Source: a bacterium (GTDB taxonomy: Bacteria; Actinomycetota; Acidimicrobiia; Acidimicrobiales; CATQHL01). From it: a stretch of 64,000 nt of DNA. Position 1 is the stretch's first letter, and each line of letters opens with the position of its first letter. A program made the translations under genes and the position numbers. The notes under the pieces are model-generated. The model did no database searches and was not told the origin of the DNA. It saw only the letters and a list, made by a program, of their open reading frames with translations. The stretch is from assembly GCA_028824415.1 (NCBI GenBank), contig JAPPDX010000070.1, forward strand, positions 16,719 through 80,718, read 5' to 3'. Shown here one piece after another: positions 49,520 through 58,490 of the stretch.

Positions 49520-50743
49520 GTGGTAACGACTCGCTATGGCACCAGGCCGGTGAGGATCGAACAACTCACCGGACCGTACGAGCCGAACGGGCAGCCCGAC
49601 CCGCACCTCGGCCAGCCCCTGCAGTTCGGGCTGTTCGCCTGGAACATCCAGGGCGGTTCCACCGGCTCCAAGGCGGTGCTCACCGACCCCGACCGCTACC
49701 AGAACTACTGGAAATGGCCGTTGGCCTCCCAGCTGATCACCGAGGCCGAGCGGATCGGGTTCGACTACCAGGTGCCGTTCGCCCGCTGGATCGGCCAGGG
49801 AGGCGACTCCGACTGGAGCGAGACCTGCCTGGAATCGCTGACGGCCGCTGCGGCGGCCTCGGCCCTCACCAGCCGCATGCTCCAGTTCTCCACCGCCCAC
49901 AGCAACTACGACTTCCACCCGTTCCACTTCGCCAAGTTCGGCGTGACCGTCGACCACATCTCCGGCGGACGCTGGGGTCTCAACATGGTCACCGGCTACT
50001 CGGCCAAGGAATACGCCGCGTTCGGCCACATCGAACCGCCCGAGCACGACGAGTCCTACCGGCGGGCCGACGAGTTCTTCACCCTCGTCAAGGCGCTGTG
50101 GGCCTCCGACGTGCCCGTCATCTTCGAGGGCGAGTACTACCAGTGCTACGGGGCCTACGTGAATCCCAAGCCCACCCGCAAACCGCGCCCCCTGCTCATG
50201 CAGGCCGGGCAGTCCAAGGTGGGCATCGACTTCGCCTGCCGGCACGCCGAGTGGATCTTCCAGATCCAGCCCACCATGGAGCACTACCGGAACATCGCCA
50301 GGGAGATCCACGACAAGGCGGCCTCCTACAACCGCAAGGTGCTCGTGGCCACACAACTCTGGCCCGTGATCGACAAGACCGACGCCGCCGCGCAGGCCAC
50401 CGCCGAGTGGATCGCCGAGGAGGTCGACCACGTGGCCACGATGAACTTCATCCAGTCCGCCAAGCGCCAGCACGTGTCCTCCACCTTCGGCTGGGACGAG
50501 GCCGAGGAGGAGAGCACCGACCCCTACGGCGGGATCGGCAAGGAGAGGTTCCTGCGGATGGCCCTGGGGATCGGCGCCCACCAAGTTGTGGGCAGCTACG
50601 ACACCGTCGCTGAGATGCTGCGCGAGCTCTACGAGGCCGGCATCGAGAGCGTGCTGGTGTCGTTCTTCGACCCGTTCCTGGGCCTGCAGCAGATCGAGGA
50701 GGAGATCTTCCCCCGCCTCAAGAAGATGGGCCTCCGCCGCTAG
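49520..50743 (+). CDS. LLM-class flavin-dependent monooxygenase, NtaA/DszA/RutA-like subgroup
   Basis: GTG 49520 with an AAGGGGGA SD. HISGGRWGLNMVTGYSAKEYAAFG parallels E. coli RutA [23 protein letters not shown] (recalled from memory). Confidence 0.85.
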   Translation: MVTTRYGTRPVRIEQLTGPYEPNGQPDPHLGQPLQFGLFAWNIQGGSTGSKAVLTDPDRYQNYWKWPLASQLITEAERIGFDYQVPFARWIGQGGDSDWSETCLESLTAAAAASALTSRMLQFSTAHSNYDFHPFHFAKFGVTVDHISGGRWGLNMVTGYSAKEYAAFGHIEPPEHDESYRRADEFFTLVKALWASDVPVIFEGEYYQCYGAYVNPKPTRKPRPLLMQAGQSKVGIDFACRHAEWIFQIQPTMEHYRNIAREIHDKAASYNRKVLVATQLWPVIDKTDAAAQATAEWIAEEVDHVATMNFIQSAKRQHVSSTFGWDEAEEESTDPYGGIGKERFLRMALGIGAHQVVGSYDTVAEMLRELYEAGIESVLVSFFDPFLGLQQIEEEIFPRLKKMGLRR

Positions 50744-50746
50744 ACG

Positions 50747-51907
50747 ATGGGGATTCCCACGTTCGACGTCGGCAGCGTGGAGCGGGTGTTACGGCCGCTG
50801 CTGGAGACGCCTTCGGAGCAGACGGACCGTTTCGAGGACGACCCGCAGATCCGGGCGTTCCTGCAGGGGGTGGTTGCCCCTCAACTCGAGCAACTCGGAC
50901 TGCACACGACCACTGACGAGGCCGGCAACTTGATCTGCGAGATCGGCGGTGGTGAGGCGCCGGGGCTGGTTCTGTTCTGCTATGCGATGACCCATCCTGC
51001 GGGGCGGATGGTCGATCCGTTCGTGGCGAGCAGGTTCGACGGCGAAGACGGTGCCACCCGGCTGCGTGGGCGTGGCGCCAGTGAGCAGATGGGGGCGCTG
51101 GCGGCGGCTGTGCTGACCGCCGGAACCTTGGCCGAGCGGGCGGCCGACCTGGCGGGACCGCTCGTGTTGTGCGTCTCCCCGGCGGGTGAGACCGGACGCC
51201 ATGACACGGCCCGCAGCTTCCTGTCCCGTTACGGGGACCGGACGCCGCCGGCGGCGTGCATCGTGGGGATCGGCACCGACAACGCCATCTGCGTGGCCAA
51301 CAAGGGCCGGGTCGACGCCACCATCAAGGTGGCCGGGGTGGCGGGACACAGTTCCATGCCCTGGCGCACCAAGAACGCCATCGAGGGCGCCCGCCTGGTG
51401 CTGAGATGCCTGGAGGGCATCGCACTGGCCGGCGACCACCCGCGTCTCGGGCGCCCGACCCTCACCCCCACGGCGGTGCACAGCAGCCCCAACGCCACCC
51501 ACACCGTTCCCGATCTCGTGGAGGTCACCGTCGACCGGCGACTCCTGCCGGGCGACAATCCCGAAGCAGCCCTCGCAGACATCCGCCAGGCGCTCGAGAG
51601 CATCGACGGCTGGGACATCGACGTGGAGCCCGGGCCTCTGATGTACCCCTCAGAGGTCGCACCCGACTCCCCGTTCGTGGACACTCTCCGGGCGGCGTTC
51701 GCGGCGGCCGGGCACCCCGATCCCCCACTCACCTATTCACACGGCTGCATCGACGCCGGGCTGTTCTCGAGCCGCGGCATCCCCGCCGTCATGCTCGGAG
51801 CGGGCGAGCAGGAGATGTGGCACACGATCGACGAGTCGGTCGCCCTGGACGCCGTGGCGCTCACGGCAGAGGTCTACACGGCGACCGCCCTGCACCTCCT
51901 GACCTGA
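50747..51907 (+). CDS. M20-family metallopeptidase/amidohydrolase (ArgE/DapE-like)
   Basis: 386 aa with an overall M20 pattern (RGASEQMG, GVAGHSSMPW). Starts 3 nt after the preceding stop. Confidence 0.75.
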   Translation: MGIPTFDVGSVERVLRPLLETPSEQTDRFEDDPQIRAFLQGVVAPQLEQLGLHTTTDEAGNLICEIGGGEAPGLVLFCYAMTHPAGRMVDPFVASRFDGEDGATRLRGRGASEQMGALAAAVLTAGTLAERAADLAGPLVLCVSPAGETGRHDTARSFLSRYGDRTPPAACIVGIGTDNAICVANKGRVDATIKVAGVAGHSSMPWRTKNAIEGARLVLRCLEGIALAGDHPRLGRPTLTPTAVHSSPNATHTVPDLVEVTVDRRLLPGDNPEAALADIRQALESIDGWDIDVEPGPLMYPSEVAPDSPFVDTLRAAFAAAGHPDPPLTYSHGCIDAGLFSSRGIPAVMLGAGEQEMWHTIDESVALDAVALTAEVYTATALHLLT

Positions 51908-51943
51908 CGGGCTGACCTGACGGGCTGACCTGAGGGGCTGACC
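51895..51943 (+). repeat. 13-bp tandem repeat x3.5 (cgggctgacctga) reiterating the M20 gene stop codon
   Basis: cctcctgacctga (the CDS end), then cgggctgacctga x2, then ggggctgacc. Confidence 0.9.
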
Positions 51944-51990
51944 GCCGCCCCGGTCGTCCCCCGGCAACGACGGCGGAGCGCTGGCCGGAT

Positions 51991-52065
51991 GGATTCCGGC
52001 CCGGGAATCAACCGCTCGACGCCTTCGACTCCCTGTCCGTCATTCCGGCGAAGGCCGGAATCCAG
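51991..52065. repeat. REP-like elements (variant 51991-52009; canonical 52039-52065)
   Basis: ggattccggcccgggaatc and gtcattccggcgaaggccggaatccag. The latter abuts the DUF1116 stop codon. Confidence 0.8.
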
Positions 52066-53286
52066 CTAGGCATCGAGGAAGGCCACCGCCTCCGCGAAGG
52101 GCGCCGGCGGAAGGCGCAACAGGCACGCGCCGACCTGGCCCCGCCCGGCCTCACGGTGGGCCAGTCCGGCGTTGGCCAGGGGTGTGACGCCGGTGGCCAC
52201 CACCTTGTGCACGTCGATCCCGATGGGCGTCCCGCGGAACCCCTCGGCGGGGATCAGGAACCGCGAGCTGGTGCCCCGGCAGATGCCCCGCAACTCCTCG
52301 ACCCGCTCCGAGGCGGTCAGCGGATCACCCCCGACGAAGGACGCGATGGCCGGCGAGGCCGACAGGGCGAAGGCGCCCAGACCGACGGTCTCGGCAATGA
52401 AGGAGTCCCCGAGCACCGGCGAGGCGTCAGCCGGCGTGTAGCCCTCGAAGAGCTTGGGCTCGCCGATCAGGGACTTGGTGAGGAACCAGCGGTCGCCCGC
52501 GCCGCTGACCCGGATCCCGAGGCTCGCGCCGTTGGACGACATCGCCGTCACGACGCCCGGGTCGCCGCTCCGGTGGACCACGTCGCTGACGGCCTTCCCC
52601 CCGGCGATGGACAAGGCCAGGAAGAAGTGGGGGTTGGCGCCGATGTAGGACAGGACGTCGACGGCGTCCTGCCGGTCGGCCGCGGCCACAATCGCCGGCG
52701 CCAGGCGGGCGAGCACGGCGGCGCTGGAGGCCACGTTCCGGTTGTGGCACTCGTCGCCCCGGCGCAGACCCTCCGCCCACAGGTCGACCATGTCGAGCCC
52801 ACCGACGGCTCCGAGCGCCGCGTGCAGCGTGGGGCCGGCGACCGCGCCCAGCCAGCGGAGGCGATCCAGCGTCGCCGGATCGTAGGAGCCGAAGCGCAGC
52901 GCCTTGCCGAGGCCCTCGTTCAGGGGCGAGAACGCCCGGGAGCCGCCGTCGGTCTCCATGACGACGACCGGAATGGACGGCGTGACCACTCCGGCCATGG
53001 CCCCGACACCGCCGTTGTCGTGGCAGGAAGCCAGCTCGAGATCGCCCCGATCCAGAATGCGGGCGGCCGCCTCGGGCGAGTCGGCCTCGCCTTCGAGCAT
53101 CAGCGCCCCGATGAGTGCGCCGCGCAACGGCCCGACCATGCCCTCGCCACCGAGCGGCGGCCCCGCATGCAGGTACCGGCGCTCGCCGACCGCGGCGGTC
53201 ACCTCGCCTGCCGGGCGCACGCCGACCGCGGTGACGCCGGTTTCGTCGAGCGCCCCAAGCGCAGCTCCGGCAACAGGATTGGTCAT
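52066..53286 (-). CDS. DUF1116 domain protein (YlbE/AllG-like)
   Basis: 406 aa. LHAGPPL...GPLRGALIGA...SCHDNGGVGAMAGV fits DUF1116 from memory. Confidence 0.7.
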   Translation of the reverse strand: MTNPVAGAALGALDETGVTAVGVRPAGEVTAAVGERRYLHAGPPLGGEGMVGPLRGALIGALMLEGEADSPEAAARILDRGDLELASCHDNGGVGAMAGVVTPSIPVVVMETDGGSRAFSPLNEGLGKALRFGSYDPATLDRLRWLGAVAGPTLHAALGAVGGLDMVDLWAEGLRRGDECHNRNVASSAAVLARLAPAIVAAADRQDAVDVLSYIGANPHFFLALSIAGGKAVSDVVHRSGDPGVVTAMSSNGASLGIRVSGAGDRWFLTKSLIGEPKLFEGYTPADASPVLGDSFIAETVGLGAFALSASPAIASFVGGDPLTASERVEELRGICRGTSSRFLIPAEGFRGTPIGIDVHKVVATGVTPLANAGLAHREAGRGQVGACLLRLPPAPFAEAVAFLDA

Positions 53287-53296
53287 GGCCGTCCAG

Positions 53297-55684
53297 TCAC
53301 GAACAGCCCGGCCCGTTCGACCCCCGGATCAACTCCACCAGCCGCTGGGGGCTGAGCGGCGTCTCGGTGATCTCGACGCCGGTGGCATCGGAGACGGCGC
53401 CGACGATGGTCGCCGCGACGGCAATGCAGCCCGCCTCCCCCACTCCCTTGACACCGAGCGGGTTGAGCGGCGAGAGGGTCTCGAGGTGCTCCACGCCCAG
53501 GCTCGGCACTTCGGCCGCCGAGGGGATCAGGAACTCCGCGAACCCGGCGTTGCGAAGTTGCCCGTCGCTGTCGTAGTGCATCTTCTCGAACAAGGTACCG
53601 CCGATGCCCTGGACGATCCCGCCGTGCACCTGCCCCTCCACGACTGCGGGGTTGATCATCCTGCCGCAATCGTGCACGGCCATGTAGCGCAGCAGCCGGA
53701 CGACGCCCGTCTCGACGTCCACCTCCACGACGGCGGCGTGCGCGCCGCTGGCGAACGTGGCGTGCCGTGGGCTGTTGTAGGCGGTCGCCTCGAGGCCGGG
53801 GGCGACCTCTGACACCGGGGGCGCCTCCCCCTCGCCACCCTCGCCGATGAACTGCGTGGCGGCCAGCGCCTCCTTGCTGAAGGCGTAGCGCAGCGGATTA
53901 GCCAGCACGGCGATCTGCCGGAGCGGGACGCGGACATCGGGTGAGCCCCGGACCGATACGTGGCCCTCGGAGAAGACGATGTCGGCCTCGTTCGCCTCGA
54001 GGATGCGGGCGGCGATCTGCGCCGCCTTCACCCGCACGAGCTCCGCCGCCTGGGCCACCGCATTGGACGCCACGACGCCGATCCGGCTGGCGAAGGTCCC
54101 GGTGGCCCACTTGAACTGGCGCGTGTCCCCGGTACGTACGACGACGTCGGAGAAGGGGACCTGCAGGATCTCCGCGGCCACCTGGGCCAGGATTGTGGCG
54201 TGCGCCTGGCCCTGGGTGGAGACGCCCGTCGTGACGAACACCTTGCCGGTGGGCTCCACGTGGACGCGCGCCCCCTCGTATGGCCCGCTGCCGGTGCCCT
54301 CCACGTAGCAGCCGAGGCCGATGCCGATCCGGCGACCCTCGGCCCGCGCGACGGCCTGCTCGGCTGCGAAGGTCTCGTAGCCGATCGCCTCCAGCAGCAC
54401 CTCGAGGCCCGCGGGGTAGTCGCCGCTGTCGTAGGTGGTGGTCAGGCCGTCCTCGTCCATCAGCCCGACCACGTAGGGGAACTCGTCGGGCTGGATGAAG
54501 TTCCGCCGACGGACCTCGGCCCGATCGATTCCCAGGTCCCGGGCGATCAGATCCACCACACGCTCCATCACGAAACCCCCCTGGGGCATGCCGGCGCCGC
54601 GGTAGGGAGTGACCGGAACGGTGTTGGTGTACACCACGTGCATCTCGCTGCCGTAGTTGGGCAGCCTGTACGGGCCGGGCAGGCGGGAGGCGGTGACGAT
54701 CGGGATGATGATCCCGTAGGGGCAGTAGGCGCCGGCATCGTGGATGAACTCGTCGTGCAGCGCGAGGATGCGTCCCTCGTCGTCGAATCCCACCCGCACC
54801 TCGTGCCACTGGGCCCGCTCGTGGTTGGAGGCCACGAAGTGCTCGAGGCGACCCTCGATGAATTTGACGGGAACGCCGAGCCGGCGCGCCGCCCAGGGAA
54901 CCAGGATCTCCTCGGGATAGAAGACCGGCAACTTGACCCCGAAGCCGCCGCCGACGTCGGGAGCGACGACGTCCACCTCGTGCTCGGCCAGATTCAGGTA
55001 GGTCGACAGCCCCGCCCGGATGGTGCTCGGTGCCTGGGACGTGTCGTAGACCAGCAGGTGCCCGAACTCGTCGGGGATCGCCACCACGCCACGGCATTCC
55101 ATGGGCGTCGCCGCGCTGCGTTCCACCCAGAACCGCCGCACCAGCGTGTGGGGCGCGACGGACATGGCCGCCTCCACGTCGCCGTGCTCCTGGGTGAAGT
55201 GCGCCGCCACGTTGTCGGTCATGTCGGCGTGGACGAGGTGCGGACCCTCGAAGGCGACCACTGGGCCCACGACCGCGGGCAGCGATTCGTAGGTCACCTC
55301 CACCGACTCGGCGGCGTCGGCGGCCGCGTACCGGCTCGTGGCCACAACCATGGCGACCGCCTCACCGACGAAGTGCACGTACTCGCCCGCCAGCGGGAAC
55401 TGCGTCCGGGGTTCGGTGAGATTGGGGTTGGGGATCAGCAATGGCAGCGCCTGGCGGCCGAGTTCACCGAGATCGGCAGCCGTGTAGACCGCCACGACAT
55501 CGGGCCGGGCCGCCGCCGCGGCGGTCTCGACACGCAGGATGCGCCCGTTCGCGCAAGTGGAACGGACCATCGCCACGTGCAGGCAACCGGCCGGCTCGAT
55601 GTCGTCGATGAACGTCCCGTCGCCGGTCAGGCTTCGCCGATCCTCGGACCGCAGAACGCGCTCACCGATCAACCGCGTGGTCAC
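53297..55684 (-). CDS. xanthine dehydrogenase/aldehyde oxidase/CO dehydrogenase-family molybdopterin-binding large subunit
   Basis: 795 aa. The N-terminal RVLRSEDRRSLTGDGTFIDD, YRGAGMPQG and a C-terminal VKGVGEAG are typical. Confidence 0.9.
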   Translation of the reverse strand: MTTRLIGERVLRSEDRRSLTGDGTFIDDIEPAGCLHVAMVRSTCANGRILRVETAAAAARPDVVAVYTAADLGELGRQALPLLIPNPNLTEPRTQFPLAGEYVHFVGEAVAMVVATSRYAAADAAESVEVTYESLPAVVGPVVAFEGPHLVHADMTDNVAAHFTQEHGDVEAAMSVAPHTLVRRFWVERSAATPMECRGVVAIPDEFGHLLVYDTSQAPSTIRAGLSTYLNLAEHEVDVVAPDVGGGFGVKLPVFYPEEILVPWAARRLGVPVKFIEGRLEHFVASNHERAQWHEVRVGFDDEGRILALHDEFIHDAGAYCPYGIIIPIVTASRLPGPYRLPNYGSEMHVVYTNTVPVTPYRGAGMPQGGFVMERVVDLIARDLGIDRAEVRRRNFIQPDEFPYVVGLMDEDGLTTTYDSGDYPAGLEVLLEAIGYETFAAEQAVARAEGRRIGIGLGCYVEGTGSGPYEGARVHVEPTGKVFVTTGVSTQGQAHATILAQVAAEILQVPFSDVVVRTGDTRQFKWATGTFASRIGVVASNAVAQAAELVRVKAAQIAARILEANEADIVFSEGHVSVRGSPDVRVPLRQIAVLANPLRYAFSKEALAATQFIGEGGEGEAPPVSEVAPGLEATAYNSPRHATFASGAHAAVVEVDVETGVVRLLRYMAVHDCGRMINPAVVEGQVHGGIVQGIGGTLFEKMHYDSDGQLRNAGFAEFLIPSAAEVPSLGVEHLETLSPLNPLGVKGVGEAGCIAVAATIVGAVSDATGVEITETPLSPQRLVELIRGSNGPGCS

Positions 55685-55795
55685 CGATGCCCCCCTTCGG
55701 GTCTCCCTTCCCGATCGCCCCCTGGGTGCCGCGCCACACCCGACGAGGCCGTCAGACTCGAACCCGTGCGCGTCCCGGCGAGATCACGTGCGGGG

Positions 55796-55981
55796 TCAGT
55801 TGACCGAGACCCCCTCGCTGTCGGCCGACAGGAGAAGCCGCAGGTCCAGCAGGAGGTTCGTGAACTCGGTGCGCGACACCAGCTCGCGCATGCCGATCTC
55901 GCCCAACTTGCCGTCGATGAGAGCGAGGGCCTGGGCGGTGTTGGTGGACTCGTCGGTGGCGGGGGCGGCGGTTTCTGGCAT
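55796..55981 (-). CDS. hypothetical small acidic protein (61 aa)
   Basis: ATG 55981 with a GGAAAGGA SD. No recognised motif. Confidence 0.45.
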   Translation of the reverse strand: MPETAAPATDESTNTAQALALIDGKLGEIGMRELVSRTEFTNLLLDLRLLLSADSEGVSVN

Positions 55982-56111
55982 GGTCCGATCCTTTCCTCTC
56001 GCACCGGCGACGTTCGGATCGCCGTCCTGCGACTGTCCCGCCACAGGTCGGCGGCCATCCGGTTCCCCGGCTGTCCGTCTGTAGTGCCACAGTATCGGAC
56101 CGAGGTGAGAC

Positions 56112-57407
56112 ATGGGTAGAGAACCCAGTGTTGCCGTCTATGAATCCCGCTCGCGGGAGTGGATGGATCGGCGCACACGCCAGTACGGCGACCGGCTGGA
56201 GCGCTTCGTCGCCCGGGTGACGCGCGACCCCGGCGGCGGGGCGGCAGGCCCCGGCCCGGCGGGCGGCGATCCGGGCGACGATCCGGCGAGAGGCGATGGC
56301 CCGGGGAGCACCAGCACAGGCGACAGCTTCACGCGGCGTGCCGGTCCCTCGCCTCCAAGCTCTCGGCGTCAGCCGCCACCCGCCGGCATCGGCGACAGCG
56401 ACACGCGACGTGCCGGTCCGGTCGCCGACCTTGGCTGCGGGCCCGGCTGGCATGTCGATGGGCTGCCGCAGCCGGTGTTGGCGCTGGATGCCAGCCGGGC
56501 GATGCTGGCCGAGGTCGGGGCGGGGGCCGGGGGCATCGCCCCGCTGCGGGTGGCCGGCGATCTGCGCGCCCTGCCGCTGCGGGACCGCTGCCTGCGGGGT
56601 GCGTGGGCCTCGCGCTCCTACATCCACCTGGCACGCGCCCAGGTACCCCTGGCGCTGGCCGACCTGCACCGGGCGCTGATGCCCGGCGCGGCCGTCGAGC
56701 TTCATCTCTTCGCCGGCGACGCAGAGTGGGACGAGCGGGCCGACGACGACTTCCCCGGGCGACGCTTCTCCCGCTGGCCCGAAGATTGGCTGCGGGACGT
56801 GCTGGTGGGCGCGGGATTCGGCGTCGAGGGGATCGAGAACCGTAAGAACGTGCTGCTGGTGGCGGCCACGCGGCTGCACACGCTCGCCGACACCGTCGCC
56901 CCGGGCATGCGACTGCTGGTCTGCGGGCTGAACCCCAGCATCTACGCCGCCGACGTCGGGGTGGGCTTCGCCCGGGGCTCCAACCGGTTCTGGCGGGCAG
57001 CACGGGCCACGGGACTGGTGAGCCGCGATCGGGATCCCCGCCACGCCCTGGTGGCCCACCGCATCGGCATGACCGACCTGGTGAAGCGACCGACCCGACA
57101 GGCCGCCGAGCTCACCGCAGCCGAGTACACCGAGGGCCTCGCACGCCTCGAGCGTCTTGTGGAACGCCTGGAGCCCGGGGTCGTTTGCTTCGTCGGCCTG
57201 GCCGGGTGGCGGGCAGCCGTCGACCGTCGCGCCGCCCCGGGCATCCAGGACCGCCGCATCGGCGGCCGCCCCGCCTACCTCATGCCCTCCACCAGCGGCC
57301 TGAACGCCCGTACGTCCCTGGTTGAGCTGACCGACCACCTCCGAGCCGCCGCCCATGCGGCGACGGGAGCACCGCCGGCCCACTCCCCGGCCCGCGGCGC
57401 CGAGTGA
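56112..57407 (+). CDS. fusion protein: class I SAM-dependent methyltransferase domain plus mismatch-specific uracil/thymine DNA glycosylase (Mug/UDG family 2) domain
   Basis: ATG with a GAGGTGA SD. VADLGCGPGW (motif I), LDASRAML and a Methyltransf_11-like body, then LLVCGLNPSIYAADVGVGFARGSNRFW...MPSTSGLN (Mug motifs GxNPS and STSG). Confidence 0.8.
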   Translation: MGREPSVAVYESRSREWMDRRTRQYGDRLERFVARVTRDPGGGAAGPGPAGGDPGDDPARGDGPGSTSTGDSFTRRAGPSPPSSRRQPPPAGIGDSDTRRAGPVADLGCGPGWHVDGLPQPVLALDASRAMLAEVGAGAGGIAPLRVAGDLRALPLRDRCLRGAWASRSYIHLARAQVPLALADLHRALMPGAAVELHLFAGDAEWDERADDDFPGRRFSRWPEDWLRDVLVGAGFGVEGIENRKNVLLVAATRLHTLADTVAPGMRLLVCGLNPSIYAADVGVGFARGSNRFWRAARATGLVSRDRDPRHALVAHRIGMTDLVKRPTRQAAELTAAEYTEGLARLERLVERLEPGVVCFVGLAGWRAAVDRRAAPGIQDRRIGGRPAYLMPSTSGLNARTSLVELTDHLRAAAHAATGAPPAHSPARGAE

Positions 57408-57513
57408 CGTCGAGGTCAGGGCACTTCACGCGAGTCGACCGAGGCGCGAGACTCGTCCAGTCGATCGACAGGTCCCTGCGCGGTGTCGATCCCGCTGAAC
57501 GAAGGAGGCAGGC

Positions 57514-57918
57514 GTGGTGAAGAGGGAAGAGATCCGAGTCGAGGGGGCCAGCGAGCCGATCAGCCACTACACCGACGCCGTCCGCTTCGGCAACCTGCTG
57601 TTCGTGTCGGGGATCGCTCCCTTCGACGGCGAGGGCAACGTGGTCGGCGAGGGCGACGTCGTGGCCCAGGCACGCCAGGTGCTGCAGAACCTGCGTGACG
57701 CCCTGCGAACCGTCGGCGCGGACATGTGCGACGTGCTGAAGGTCACGGTGTTCCTGACCGACGTCAACGATCGAGCCGCCATCAACCCCGTCCGCAAGGA
57801 GTTCTTCGGCGCCGCCCGGCCGGCCAGCACACTGATCGAGGTCAGCGCCCTGGTGGACCCAAGAATGCTCGTAGAGATGGAGGCCATCGCCGCCATCCCC
57901 GACAGAGCGCGGTCATGA
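57514..57918 (+). CDS. RidA (YjgF/L-PSP) family protein
   Basis: GTG with a GAAGGAGG SD. 134 aa. VKVTVFLTD...F and VEMEAIA. Confidence 0.9.
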   Translation: MVKREEIRVEGASEPISHYTDAVRFGNLLFVSGIAPFDGEGNVVGEGDVVAQARQVLQNLRDALRTVGADMCDVLKVTVFLTDVNDRAAINPVRKEFFGAARPASTLIEVSALVDPRMLVEMEAIAAIPDRARS

Positions 57919-57944
57919 GGTACGAACCAGAAGCAGTCGAGTGA

Positions 57945-58139
57945 ATTTGCCACGCGATCTCCGGCAATTCTCCCGACGAACCAGCGGCGCTGGCTCGTGC
58001 CGAGTTGCCATTCGAGCCGTTCGAACGAACCAGACGCTCCCTCACAAGGGCTGAACAGGTCTCGGTGTTCCTCCGGGACGGGTTCGTCGATCGATACTCC
58101 GGGAAGAAGTTGGTCTTCCCGGGAACCCTTCGACTGCTA
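57945..58139 (+). pseudogene. possible remnant of an HNH-family endonuclease gene, truncated at both ends
   Basis: Open frame with no ATG. LTRAEQVSVFLRDGFVDRYSGKKLVFPGTLRLL resembles, from memory, a family continuing ..LRLLS...FPYHPNWK. The similarity stops exactly where the antisense toxin gene ends (58137-58139). Confidence 0.3.
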
Positions 58140-58490
58140 TTCGAGCCAGCGCTCGCCGTCGAGGCTTTCCCGCGTCGCTAGCAGGGCGTCGAGAGCGAGC
58201 ACCAGCCGGCCTGCCGTTCGCCGGGCTGCTCTCGGGTGGGAGCGGTTACTGGTGAAGATGAGGGTCGGAGAGGTACGGCCGGCCCGCAACGCGACGGACG
58301 CCAGGGGCCGGTAGTCGACGACGTTCTCGGTGACGATCGCGCGCGCATCTGCCAGCGCCGCAGCGAAAATCACCTCGTCAGGCTTGCCCCGGAGGTCTGA
58401 ACGCTCCGCCACCGCCACGACGTCGTGACCACGCTCGCGGAGCGCTGTCGCTATGGCGGGCGCCCACATCTCGTCGAGCAGCAGCTTCAC
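58137..58490 (-). CDS. DUF5615-like (PIN-like) toxin candidate
   Basis: MKLLLDEMWAPAIATALRERGHDVVAV... is typical of DUF5615. It overlaps the upstream antitoxin gene by 4 nt. Confidence 0.7.
   Translation of the reverse strand: MKLLLDEMWAPAIATALRERGHDVVAVAERSDLRGKPDEVIFAAALADARAIVTENVVDYRPLASVALRAGRTSPTLIFTSNRSHPRAARRTAGRLVLALDALLATRESLDGERWLE

Noticed and set aside
53960-56119. 719-aa plus-strand ORF
   Set aside because: It is antisense to the Mo-subunit gene and the 61-aa ORF, with low-complexity Gly/Arg/Asp/His composition.
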